A stretch of 64,000 nucleotides of DNA, taken from Dehalococcoidia bacterium. Lineage in GTDB: Bacteria; Chloroflexota; Dehalococcoidia; GIF9; AB-539-J10. The translations under genes and the position numbers were made by a program. The DNA is taken from contig JAUWOR010000008.1 in NCBI GenBank assembly GCA_030612025.1, positions 29,849-93,848 on the forward strand, given 5' to 3'. The stretch's first letter is position 1. Each line of letters starts with the position of its first letter. Positions 27,788-36,891 of the stretch are shown one piece after another. The notes beneath the pieces are model-generated. The model was not told the DNA's origin. It saw nothing but the letters and a program-made list of their open reading frames with translations, and searched no databases.

Positions 27788-30028
27788 TTATGCCCGCCTA
27801 TCTACAATTATCCTGAGCAAGGCAGGCAGGAATATGATGGCGCCAAAGAAGCAAAGGCTCAACCCAATAATGGGGATGAGGCTCAAGGACCTCATTGAGG
27901 GGTGGCTGGAGAAAAGGAACGAGGAAAATGCCAGACAGGTGGTGGCCGTGGTAAGGAATATAGCCTTCCCCGTGAGTTGTATAACTTGAGGCAGTGAACC
28001 CTTACCCTCTTCTAAGTAGCGGTGAACGATGTGAATGCCATCATCTATTCCTATTCCGATGACCAAAGGTATCATGCTAATCGAAGAAACGTTCAGATTG
28101 GCACCAAACCACTGGTAAGTTCCCAGGAGCCCAAGTACGCCAAAGGCAACTGGAACCATGGAAAGCAGGGCGTAGACCGGACTACGCCGCCTGGTCCCAA
28201 AGTAAACGATGAGGACAAGCATCCCGGAAGCCATCAAGGAGACGCGGATTACATCTGTGGTCATCACGGTAAGCAACTTGGTCCAGAGTACAGCGCTAGC
28301 AGTAACATCAGGGTGAATCTCACGTAGATCAGCGAGTAGCTTTCTCTGGTACGATTTATCATACAGGTCATCATCGGGGATTATCCTTATCAAGAACTCC
28401 CCCTCATCGGAAACCCACGAGCGGGAGATTTCGTTTGGTAGCTCCTTATAGCTCATCGGTGTTACCTCTATCCCGGGCACAGTGGCAAGTTCAGGATGAA
28501 GCCTAACAGCTTGCTTAATGGCCTCCAGCTTTTGGTCCTGATTTTCGGGTAGGTAATCGAGAATGGATTCTACCTTCAGAACCCCATCCACATTCTGAAA
28601 TTCCCTGACACAGCGGTTGAGTTCCCGCTGCCCTTTAACTACACAGGTAAGCTGCTCAGGGTCATAGTCAAAATTCTCCTTGACCTTCTCAAGCTGTTGG
28701 TAGGTCTCAACCTGAGTCGGCATGAGTTCATACATACTCTCACTCAATTTGGCACTGGGCGCCCTGATACCGAATAAGACAAAGAGGGCAACCAGGATTA
28801 CCAGAATTCCCGGAGCAAAGCGCTGTATTTGCACACCGAGCACTCTGAGAATATTGGATCTTGTGCGCTTAAGTTTGAACCGGCCAAATTTAAGCCTCAA
28901 GACAACCAGGGCAGGAAGCAGGACGAATACCGCCACCAGGGTCAGGGGCAAACCGATGGCGCCGATGACGCCTAACTGATGTAGCGCTTTGGTCTCGGCA
29001 AAGTAAAAGGAGAAAAATGCTGCTGCCGTGGTGAGACAACCCAGAATAACCGCCTTCCCAGTGTGGACAAAGGTATGCTCAAAGGCAAGGGTGACATTAT
29101 CGTGCTCCTCCATCTCACCCATAAACCTCGTCAGTAAGTGGATACAGAAGTCGATACCAAGGCCCAATAGCAGGACGGCAAACGCAGCAGAGAGTGCATT
29201 GAGAGAGTCATATACGAGGAATATCACCCCCGATGTCCAGATTATTCCGATGAGCAGCGGGATGGCGGACAGAAGCGGTAGAGACAGGCTTCTGAAAGAG
29301 ACGAAAAGGAGAATTAAGATGAGTATCAAGGTGATAAACGCTGTGAGGTAAATGTCTTGCATAGCCAGCTTGTCACCTTCGTAATCGATGACCATCAGAC
29401 CGCCAGTAAAGCCTACATTGAGGGCTTCATAGTCTTTATCCTCCCCCCTGGTTTCGGTGATAAGCCTCCCCAGGTCGTCGAGGAGATAATTCCTCTCCAG
29501 AGGATTCTCCATGTCTATGGTGAAGCCCATAGTGACGAGGTAAATCTTCTTGTTATCCGAGACGATATATTCTGAGAGAGTTGCCTTTTCCAGCGTAGCG
29601 GTTGGTAAAGCCCCGAGTATTTCTGGTGCGGCACGAGGGTCCGTCAGGGCGGCAAATTGCTCCTCCGGCAGGTAGAGAATTCCCTTTTCGGCGGCAAAGC
29701 TGAGGTCTTTTTTATATTGAATATCCTCCCAGCGGCTGTCCTTTTCTAATTTCTTTACCAGCGTCTTGGCATACGCCTTGGCGGTGTAAGCATTTGAGTC
29801 TGAACAGTCTATGACCACCACTACCATATTAGACCCTCCAAATCGCTCTTCAACTGCCTCGGCCGCGAGGAAATCGGGGTCATCCGACTCGAAGTATCCC
29901 TCCATGCTGGTATCTATGGTGAAATTTGAAGCCGGAATAGCAGCCAGTATGGTTATGCCAAGCACGACCGCCATCGTCTTTACCGGATGGCGGGTCGTCT
30001 TCTTCACCAGCCTTTCGAGAATATTCAT
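27788..30028 (-). CDS. MMPL/RND family transporter
   Basis: GLGIDFCIH, GIGIDDGIH, TG.A....LTT motifs; two repeats. Confidence 0.9.
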   Translation of the reverse strand: MNILERLVKKTTRHPVKTMAVVLGITILAAIPASNFTIDTSMEGYFESDDPDFLAAEAVEERFGGSNMVVVVIDCSDSNAYTAKAYAKTLVKKLEKDSRWEDIQYKKDLSFAAEKGILYLPEEQFAALTDPRAAPEILGALPTATLEKATLSEYIVSDNKKIYLVTMGFTIDMENPLERNYLLDDLGRLITETRGEDKDYEALNVGFTGGLMVIDYEGDKLAMQDIYLTAFITLILILILLFVSFRSLSLPLLSAIPLLIGIIWTSGVIFLVYDSLNALSAAFAVLLLGLGIDFCIHLLTRFMGEMEEHDNVTLAFEHTFVHTGKAVILGCLTTAAAFFSFYFAETKALHQLGVIGAIGLPLTLVAVFVLLPALVVLRLKFGRFKLKRTRSNILRVLGVQIQRFAPGILVILVALFVLFGIRAPSAKLSESMYELMPTQVETYQQLEKVKENFDYDPEQLTCVVKGQRELNRCVREFQNVDGVLKVESILDYLPENQDQKLEAIKQAVRLHPELATVPGIEVTPMSYKELPNEISRSWVSDEGEFLIRIIPDDDLYDKSYQRKLLADLREIHPDVTASAVLWTKLLTVMTTDVIRVSLMASGMLVLIVYFGTRRRSPVYALLSMVPVAFGVLGLLGTYQWFGANLNVSSISMIPLVIGIGIDDGIHIVHRYLEEGKGSLPQVIQLTGKAIFLTTATTCLAFSSFLFSSHPSMRSLSLIPIIGLSLCFFGAIIFLPALLRIIVDRRA

Positions 30029-30149
30029 CTGTTACCCGTGTCAAGAAATATAGGTGCCTTATCCTCTAAGAGCCATAACCCCCGTGCACCCTGTTTCCTC
30101 TACCTCAATTACGTCATGCTACACAACTATTTCCTACCTTAAAAGGGAA

Positions 30150-31349
30150 TTAAATCACAGGAAGTACAACTTCTTCTCCCTCTTTTAGCCCGGACAGAAC
30201 TTCAGTATATGTGCCATCGCTTAAACCCAGAGTAACTTGCCTCTTCTCAGTCTCATCGTCGGTGACAACTTCCACCCAGGGTTTTTCCAGAGACCCTTGA
30301 ATAGCTCGATTGGGTATCAGCAATACATTATCACAGCGGTTAGTGATAATTTCAGCACTGGCGCTCATGCCATCTTTAAGTTTTTCATCAGGATTCTGCA
30401 AAGTTATGGTAATTTTGTAAGACACCTCATCTTCCCAAACTTTGCCCGTTGGGGAGATGAAAGTTACCTTCCCTTTTACTTTTTTATCAGGCAAAGCAAT
30501 CAAGGTAATAATGGCTTCCTGCCCTAGCTTCACCCTGGAAATGTCTATCTCGTCAATTTCACCACTCATTTCCACTTCATTGGGGTCAACCAAGTAGATT
30601 GCTGGACTGCTGTATGTCATAGCCGAAAGCTGCTGCCCTTCATCTATATAAACATCGGCTATGATGCCATCGAAAGGAGCAATAATTGTCGCTTTGGCTA
30701 GCTCCAGCTCAACCACGGCTAACTCTAGCTTCGCCATATCCAGAGCTGCTCTGGCTTCATCTGTCTGCAGCTCAGCCAATTTAACGGAGAGAGGCAGCGC
30801 CCATCTTCTAGCGTGTGATTTTTTCTGTGCCGTGGATGTGCTCTCCCCGACTAACTCCAGTAAAGCTTGTGCTCTCTCAATTTCCCCTTGCTCTAAAAGC
30901 TCTTGAGCTTCCTCTAAGTTATTCTGGATTTCCTCTAAAGCTCGCCAGACCCCAGGCACGTCAATGGCATAAGTATTAGTATAATGTGGATAGATTGTTC
31001 GCATAAGGTTATTTTCAGCCATTTCGTAATTAGCTTGAGCCATTTCGCACCCAGCCTGAGCCATCTCTACTTTTAGTTCTAAAGGGCAAATATCGAGCTT
31101 GGCTAATACTTGACCCTCGATTACCTTATCCCCCTTTTCCACCAGTATCTCGTCTACCTCTCCCATAGTGCCAAATGGTAAGTACTCCTTATGACGCATT
31201 TTTAAATTGCCTTCTTTAGCAGAGACACTTATTATTAAATCGCCCCGAGTAACTTCAGCGGTTTGCAAAGGCATTTCTTGCTGGGCGCATCCGGCTAAAA
31301 TTGAGCCAACCAAACACATCGCTATTATTGAAATTAACCATTTTTTCAT
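30150..31349 (-). CDS. efflux periplasmic adaptor (MFP) lipoprotein
   Basis: lipobox LAGC; GEV.EILV.KGD.V..GQVLA.LD, I.APFDG, LKDGMSA. Confidence 0.9.
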   Translation of the reverse strand: MKKWLISIIAMCLVGSILAGCAQQEMPLQTAEVTRGDLIISVSAKEGNLKMRHKEYLPFGTMGEVDEILVEKGDKVIEGQVLAKLDICPLELKVEMAQAGCEMAQANYEMAENNLMRTIYPHYTNTYAIDVPGVWRALEEIQNNLEEAQELLEQGEIERAQALLELVGESTSTAQKKSHARRWALPLSVKLAELQTDEARAALDMAKLELAVVELELAKATIIAPFDGIIADVYIDEGQQLSAMTYSSPAIYLVDPNEVEMSGEIDEIDISRVKLGQEAIITLIALPDKKVKGKVTFISPTGKVWEDEVSYKITITLQNPDEKLKDGMSASAEIITNRCDNVLLIPNRAIQGSLEKPWVEVVTDDETEKRQVTLGLSDGTYTEVLSGLKEGEEVVLPVI

Positions 31350-31471
31350 TTAATCAGCCTCCTCTTTGGAAACGTCTCCATTTTACTGCCACCGCCAAAG
31401 CTCGACAAGACCGGTAACCACACCATAAATAGAGATACTAAAAGAAACACCTCCAAAACAATTATGCTCAT
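31346..31471 (-). CDS. small single-TM protein (41 aa, not in ORF track)
   Basis: GAGGAGG SD; MSIIVLEVFLLVSLFMVWLPVL...; ATGA overlap with the adaptor gene. Confidence 0.5.
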   Translation of the reverse strand: MSIIVLEVFLLVSLFMVWLPVLSSFGGGSKMETFPKRRLIK

Positions 31472-31597
31472 TGGCCCTCCTCTTATTATTCATTTGGAAT
31501 AACTTTCCACCACATCATTATTGCGCTGCTTTTTGTTTCATACACGCCATCCTACAACTTCTCCAGGCCAAAAAGAAAACGCTGTAAGCCCCCTGTT

Positions 31598-33307
31598 TTA
31601 CAAGATCAGGTTCTGCAGGCTACCCACGGTCAGTGCCGCGGCTACCATTATTCCCGTAGCTTTAAGGGTGTCTCTTGTCCGTAGCTCTCGAGCCAGTATC
31701 ACAAAGGTAGCCACACAAGGGAAAAACATAGCTAGGACCGTACTGCTGATAACCAGCTGCTTAGCAGTTAATGCTAAGGGAGCTAGCATGCCCATAGCCA
31801 CGTCCTTACGCAAAAAGCCAATAACTAGGGCAACAACTGTTTCCTTGGGCAACCCCAGCAACTCGCTCACAATCGGGGCAGCAATATTAGCAATAGCATC
31901 GAAAACCCCTAAAGCATAGAGAATATTTACCACCAGCACAGTGCTAAGAACTATGGGCAAAGCTTCTTTGATAAAGCCGGAGACCCGCAGCCAAAGCTTC
32001 TCACCGATGACTCGCCACGGCGGCAAGCGATAGGGCGGAATTTCCACCAGAAGTTCCGGGCTGAAACCCTTGACAATGCGATTAAGGATAAGCCCTATGA
32101 TAACCCAAGATGCAAACAGGCTACCGTAGACCATAGCTACGTACTGTCCACCTTGCTGCCCCACCAGTCCTATTATCATAGCTTGCAACGCTGCGCATGG
32201 AACGCCAATAGAAATCAAAGTAGCCGCAATAAACCTTTGTCTACGGCTCTCCAAAATACGGGTTGCCATAACCGCAGGCACATTGCATCCAAAGCCGAGG
32301 ATAGTAGGGATGATGGCATAACCGTGTAGCCCCAACCTGTGCATTAGGGTATCCATCAATACTGCTAAACGGGGTAGGTAACCAACATCTTCCAGTATTC
32401 CTAACGCCAGGTAAAAAGAGACGATATACGGTAACACCGCACCAAGAGGGATGTAAAATCCAGTGCTAAGCAAACCAAAGGATTGAAAATAGTCAATTTC
32501 CCCAGCAATAAGGTTGCCTATCAAGACACTGTGCCAGAAACCTCCTGACCCTAAAGCAAGGCTCACTTTCATTAGCAAAGGGGTCCATAGCCACTCGAAA
32601 AGAGGGTCGGTCACGTAACCAATGATACTCTCACCAATAAGGCGGATGACCCAAAAGGTGGCAAGGAGAACCACCAGGGCGATGAAAACTCCGCCCACCG
32701 GATGATCGCTGACGTCTTCCAGAACATCACGCCAGGTATGGTGGTGATGGCTTAACGATTGCACTTGACTGACGATATTGCCAACTCTTGCCCATCGTTC
32801 ATCACTACCAGAATAAGTAGTTTTAGGCACCTTCGCTTCTGGAAGACGCCTGACTAACCCCTTTATTCCTTGCCCGGTTACCCCTACTGTGGGGACAACT
32901 GGCACCCCGAGAAGTTCTTCTAGCTTGGCAACATCGATATTTATGCCTCGGTGACGAGTATCGTCCCAAATATTGAGGGCAACTATTACCGGTACTTGTC
33001 TTTCCAGCAGCTGCAAGGTGAGATTGAGGTTTCTCTCCAAATTGGTGGCATCAACAACATCGATGACTAAATCCCCGTCTTTAAGCATCTCCACAGCCAC
33101 CTCTTCCGCCTTACTAGTCGGCTCAAGAGTATAGGTGCCAGGCACATCGATAACTTCAGCTTGCTCTTCACCCAGTTTCAAATGACCCTTGGTGAACTGC
33201 ACCGTGGTGCCGGGATAATTGGAAGCGATTATGTGTATACCAGTAAGCCGGGAAAACAGGGCGCTTTTGCCCACATTAGGATTACCCACAAGTAGGATTC
33301 GCATCAT
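31598..33307 (-). CDS. feoB: ferrous iron transporter B
   Basis: GNPNVGKS, NYPGTTV, DVPG, LED.GY.PR, GFGCNVPA. Confidence 0.95.
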   Translation of the reverse strand: MMRILLVGNPNVGKSALFSRLTGIHIIASNYPGTTVQFTKGHLKLGEEQAEVIDVPGTYTLEPTSKAEEVAVEMLKDGDLVIDVVDATNLERNLNLTLQLLERQVPVIVALNIWDDTRHRGINIDVAKLEELLGVPVVPTVGVTGQGIKGLVRRLPEAKVPKTTYSGSDERWARVGNIVSQVQSLSHHHHTWRDVLEDVSDHPVGGVFIALVVLLATFWVIRLIGESIIGYVTDPLFEWLWTPLLMKVSLALGSGGFWHSVLIGNLIAGEIDYFQSFGLLSTGFYIPLGAVLPYIVSFYLALGILEDVGYLPRLAVLMDTLMHRLGLHGYAIIPTILGFGCNVPAVMATRILESRRQRFIAATLISIGVPCAALQAMIIGLVGQQGGQYVAMVYGSLFASWVIIGLILNRIVKGFSPELLVEIPPYRLPPWRVIGEKLWLRVSGFIKEALPIVLSTVLVVNILYALGVFDAIANIAAPIVSELLGLPKETVVALVIGFLRKDVAMGMLAPLALTAKQLVISSTVLAMFFPCVATFVILARELRTRDTLKATGIMVAAALTVGSLQNLIL

Positions 33308-33334
33308 CTCCTAACAAAGTTCCCAGGCAGATAT

Positions 33335-33583
33335 TTATCCAACCTCGACTATTATTCTGTTAGCCATGCCAAAGCCAATAGCTAGCTGGGCATTATCCAC
33401 CCTGAGAGTAACCGGCCCGCGAAAAAGAGTAGAACTTACTTTAGTCACCTTCTTCCCCGGCCTGATATCCAAAGCCTCCAGCCGCCGCATTAAGCCTCGC
33501 CCCCCCAGAATTCCAATTACAGTTCCAGTCTGTCCAATTTCCATCTGGCGCAAGGTCAATTGTCTCCCTTGGTGAATAGTCAT
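33335..33583 (-). CDS. feoA: ferrous iron transport protein A
   Basis: RL..L.I.PG..V, GPV, AIG...A..I.V; directly upstream of feoB. Confidence 0.9.
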   Translation of the reverse strand: MTIHQGRQLTLRQMEIGQTGTVIGILGGRGLMRRLEALDIRPGKKVTKVSSTLFRGPVTLRVDNAQLAIGFGMANRIIVEVG

Positions 33584-33766
33584 AATTTATCCCCTATCTC
33601 TGAAATGTCTTAACAAGGCCTCCCAAATAGCAGTCTTAGTTCTTCTAAATGCAGTCAGCCTACTTCGTGATTCTTTCTTATCTTGAATACTATGGTGAAA
33701 AACATATTGGCAACTACTCAATACCCTGAATCACTAATACATTGGATTTGCCAAAACAAAATTTTG

Positions 33767-33784
33767 AGTTAGTCTTGTCTAACT
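33767..33784. promoter_or_regulatory. DtxR-family operator upstream of feoAB
   Basis: AGTTAG-TCTTGT-CTAACT palindrome, matching 34325-34348. Confidence 0.75.
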
Positions 33785-33801
33785 TACACATATCAAAATT
33801 T

Positions 33802-34308
33802 TTACTTTCTCCTCTCCTCCTTCTCCAAACCCTTAGCCAGACACTCTTCAGGAAGCTGTCCATGCTCCAGATAATATTTATACCTTTTTGGGAAGTTAGG
33901 CTCTTCTAAGGGACATGCTTGTATAAACTCTATGAACTTAATCATCCTCTCCAGACTTAGCGGGCTAATGACGTGCTCAATCTTGCAGGCATCCTCCTCA
34001 GCCGTTTCCCGATCAATGTCCAGCGCCTCAGTAAAAAAGCAGCTCAGTGCTTCATGACGGTGAACCACACCCTCAGCAACACTTTCACCCTCAGGAGTAA
34101 GCTCCACGTATCTATATCTCTCGTGCACCACAAGCCCCTTCTCTGAAAGCTTCTCCAAAGCTGAAGTAACGCTAGGCATTCTAACTTTCAGCCTTCGGCT
34201 GATCTGACTTACCCTCACTGCTTTATTCGCATCACGAAGCATGGCTATCGCCTCAAGATAATCTTCCATACTAGGAGTATGTTGCCTTTGCATTTCCTGT
34301 TTCACCAT
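33802..34308 (-). CDS. DtxR/MntR family metal-dependent repressor
   Basis: SMEDYLEAI, SV...L.KL...GLV, LTPEG, RH, AE.DAC.IEH.IS. Confidence 0.93.
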   Translation of the reverse strand: MVKQEMQRQHTPSMEDYLEAIAMLRDANKAVRVSQISRRLKVRMPSVTSALEKLSEKGLVVHERYRYVELTPEGESVAEGVVHRHEALSCFFTEALDIDRETAEEDACKIEHVISPLSLERMIKFIEFIQACPLEEPNFPKRYKYYLEHGQLPEECLAKGLEKEERRK

Positions 34309-34324
34309 CGCTCATCACTTCAAG

Positions 34325-34348
34325 AATTGTTAGCCTTGTCTAACAATT
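34325..34348. promoter_or_regulatory. DtxR-family autoregulatory operator
   Basis: AATTGTTAG-CCTTGT-CTAACAATT. Confidence 0.75.
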
Positions 34349-34448
34349 ATGTCACTGCCTAATTTTCTTGTCAACACCCCCTCCGTATCTAGTTCCAAAA
34401 AAATTTGATATTATAGGCAGTAAAATAAATAGGTTTTAAGTTATTATT

Positions 34449-35093
34449 ATGTCAAGCAAATTAGTAAGGTGGATAGGCAGCGATGAAGCTGGCAAGGGCG
34501 ATTACTTTGGACCACTGGTGATTGCCGGCGTGTTGGTAGATAACACAATTGTTAAGTCGCTTGAGGAATTGGGGGTAAAGGATAGCAAGAGGCTTTCTGC
34601 TAATTCAGTAAAAGAATTAGCAAACAAAATTAAGAAAATGTGCCTGTGCTCAGTAGTAACCATAGGACCGGCAAAATACAATGAACTATATAATAGGATA
34701 AGAAACCTAAATCGCCTGCTTGCCTGGGGGCACTCTAGAGCTATAGAAAACATTCTAGATAGAGAAGAATGTGACTACGCCCTAGCTGACCAATTTGGAG
34801 ACGAGAAATTTATAATCGCTGCCTTAATGGAAAAAGGTAAAGGGATAAAGGTGAAACAGGAAATTAGAGCTGAAAGCGATATAGGAGTAGCAGCAGCCTC
34901 AATACTAGCCAGGGCAGAGTTTGTTCATCGCCTGGCAACGCTGTCAGTAAAATATGGAATGGATTTTCCCAAAGGCGCTTCGCCAGCAGTAATTGAAACC
35001 GGAAAGGAATTTGTCAGGAGATACGGAAAGGAAAGGCTAATGGAAGTGGCTAAAATCCACTTTAAGACGACAAAATCAGTGCTCGCGGACTAA
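34449..35093 (+). CDS. rnhC: ribonuclease HIII (catalytic domain only)
   Basis: IGSDEAGKGDYFGPLV, GVKDSK, YN.L, LA.GH, DQF, VAAASILAR, PKGA, AK.HFKT. Confidence 0.88.
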   Translation: MSSKLVRWIGSDEAGKGDYFGPLVIAGVLVDNTIVKSLEELGVKDSKRLSANSVKELANKIKKMCLCSVVTIGPAKYNELYNRIRNLNRLLAWGHSRAIENILDREECDYALADQFGDEKFIIAALMEKGKGIKVKQEIRAESDIGVAAASILARAEFVHRLATLSVKYGMDFPKGASPAVIETGKEFVRRYGKERLMEVAKIHFKTTKSVLAD

Positions 35094-35106
35094 AAGGAGG
35101 AGAGAG

Positions 35107-35155
35107 ATGGAGCCCAATTTATTGGGCGTCTGTGCCTGATAAATCAAGCAACTAC
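35107..35155 (-). repeat. GTAG-type REP doublet
   Basis: minus strand GTAGTTGCTTGATTTATCAGGC...GCCCAATAAATTGGGC. Confidence 0.6.
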
Positions 35156-35252
35156 AAAATTTGGAGGTGAAGAATTTCCGGGATAGTCAAGACAAATCTG
35201 AATCCAAAGCTAGAGCAAAATTAAACAGCCTAAGAATAAGAAAGGAGGGGAA

Positions 35253-35831
35253 ATGGAGGTAATTATCAACAACACAAAATTATCCCTAATCCAAGGAGAT
35301 ATCACCGAGCAAGCTACCGATGCCATAGTCAATGCCGCCAACCCCAGTCTAATGGGAGGTGGTGGTGTGGATGGTGCCATACATCGAGCTGGAGGGCCAG
35401 CTATCTTAGAAGAATGTAAGCAAATCGTTGCTAAACAGGGGCGATTGCCCACAGGAAAAGCTGTGATTACCACTGGAGGAAATCTTAAGGCAAAATATGT
35501 CATACATACTGTTGGCCCCATCTGGCGTGGCGGAAGTAGAAATGAAGCTGAGCTTTTAGCTAGCGCCTATCATGAATCCTTAACAGTGGCGGCTGAGAAT
35601 AAGTTAGCCAGCATCTCCTTTCCCTCCATAAGCACAGGAGCTTATGGCTACCCGGTGGCTGAGGCAGCCAGGATAGCCCTGAGAACCGTGGTTTCATTTC
35701 TCAAAGAACAAGCCACCTCTATCAAAGAGGTGGTATTCGTTCTTTTTGATTCCAAAACTTATGAAAGCTATTGCTCTGCGCTGCAGGAGATAATAGGCGG
35801 TTCTAAAACCCAGAAATATAAAGAGCATTAG
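35253..35831 (+). CDS. macrodomain O-acetyl-ADP-ribose deacetylase
   Basis: [38 protein letters not shown]. Confidence 0.95.
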   Translation: MEVIINNTKLSLIQGDITEQATDAIVNAANPSLMGGGGVDGAIHRAGGPAILEECKQIVAKQGRLPTGKAVITTGGNLKAKYVIHTVGPIWRGGSRNEAELLASAYHESLTVAAENKLASISFPSISTGAYGYPVAEAARIALRTVVSFLKEQATSIKEVVFVLFDSKTYESYCSALQEIIGGSKTQKYKEH

Positions 35832-35870
35832 AGCAGGCCTGGTTGAATGGTATTGGTAGAGTATAAGCCC

Positions 35871-36272
35871 TTACACAGAACGAATCTTTAGATTTTCTAC
35901 TGCTTCAAAATGTCTTATGTTACTAGTGAGAAGAGTAAGGTTATGATAAAGGCAGGTAGAAGCAATTAAGAGATCGAAGTCACCAATTATTCTTCCCTGC
36001 CGTCTTAATCTTCCCCGCTCTTTACCAAAGATTCTACAAATCCTTTCATCAATGCCAAGAATCACCAAATCTGGAGCTAGAAACCTCTTAAGGGTTTCCT
36101 CGCTTAGGACTGGATCACGAGAATAATAAATCCCCTCGTAAAGCTCAGCTAAAGAAACAATACTCAAAGCTAAACCTTGTGGGGCTAATTCCTCTAACTT
36201 CCTCGTAACTTTTTCTATCTTGTTGAAGTGGTCAATAATCCAGTCAGTATCAATAAGATAGGAAGTATTCAT
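35871..36272 (-). CDS. vapC: VapC PIN-domain toxin
   Basis: YLIDTD, SLAELY.G, DLLIA, LLTSN..HF. Confidence 0.92.
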   Translation of the reverse strand: MNTSYLIDTDWIIDHFNKIEKVTRKLEELAPQGLALSIVSLAELYEGIYYSRDPVLSEETLKRFLAPDLVILGIDERICRIFGKERGRLRRQGRIIGDFDLLIASTCLYHNLTLLTSNIRHFEAVENLKIRSV

Positions 36273-36514
36273 AGCCTTATCTCTGGTCTGGTGCTAACAA
36301 GGCGATCAGCATAAATATTCTTTTTTAGCTCCTCAGCATCTACTAAATCCTTCCAGCCCCCAGATGTAGCCTTCAGAGCTTCAAGGAATTTCTCTGCTTT
36401 AGAGCAGGGGATTTCAGAGATAGTGATAATCAGCTCTTTCCCTTCTTCAAATTCTAGTTTCTCTAATGGCTCAATTATTCCTTTTGAGAACCTTGCTTTT
36501 ATGCTCCTTGCCAT
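36269..36514 (-). CDS. antitoxin (AF2212/DUF104-like)
   Basis: IKARF..G.I.PLE.L...EG..L.I.I; ATGA overlap with vapC. Confidence 0.8.
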   Translation of the reverse strand: MARSIKARFSKGIIEPLEKLEFEEGKELIITISEIPCSKAEKFLEALKATSGGWKDLVDAEELKKNIYADRLVSTRPEIRL

Positions 36515-36702
36515 TTTCACTCCCTTGTTTTTGGCGATTAAGTTTTCTATCTATTTTTAGATTTCTAAATCTCGACCATTACTAAGTTTACTCCACCTGT
36601 GGAGACTGTCAAGGCGCATTGGTTTTTATGATGCTCAATCTGGATCAAAAAGTTCATCGAAGCTGTTTATAGTTAACCACATAGGTCGTTGCACAATTTT
36701 CC

Positions 36703-36731
36703 CTGTCATTGCGAGCAAAGCGAAGCAATCC
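36703..36731. repeat. REP-like half element
   Basis: CTGTCATTGCGAGCAAAGCGAAGCAATC. Confidence 0.65.
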
Positions 36732-36891
36732 CATACAGAATGTTGGGGCTTTTGGTGGTATTATACCTCGCCGCACGGGCTAACAAGCCATTGAGCATTT
36801 CGAGGTAGAGGTGGCTGTGGATGTCACACTACGCTAAAAATGTTACTTATCGAGGATATTATAGAAGTAAACCTTCATATAGCAGGCAGCG

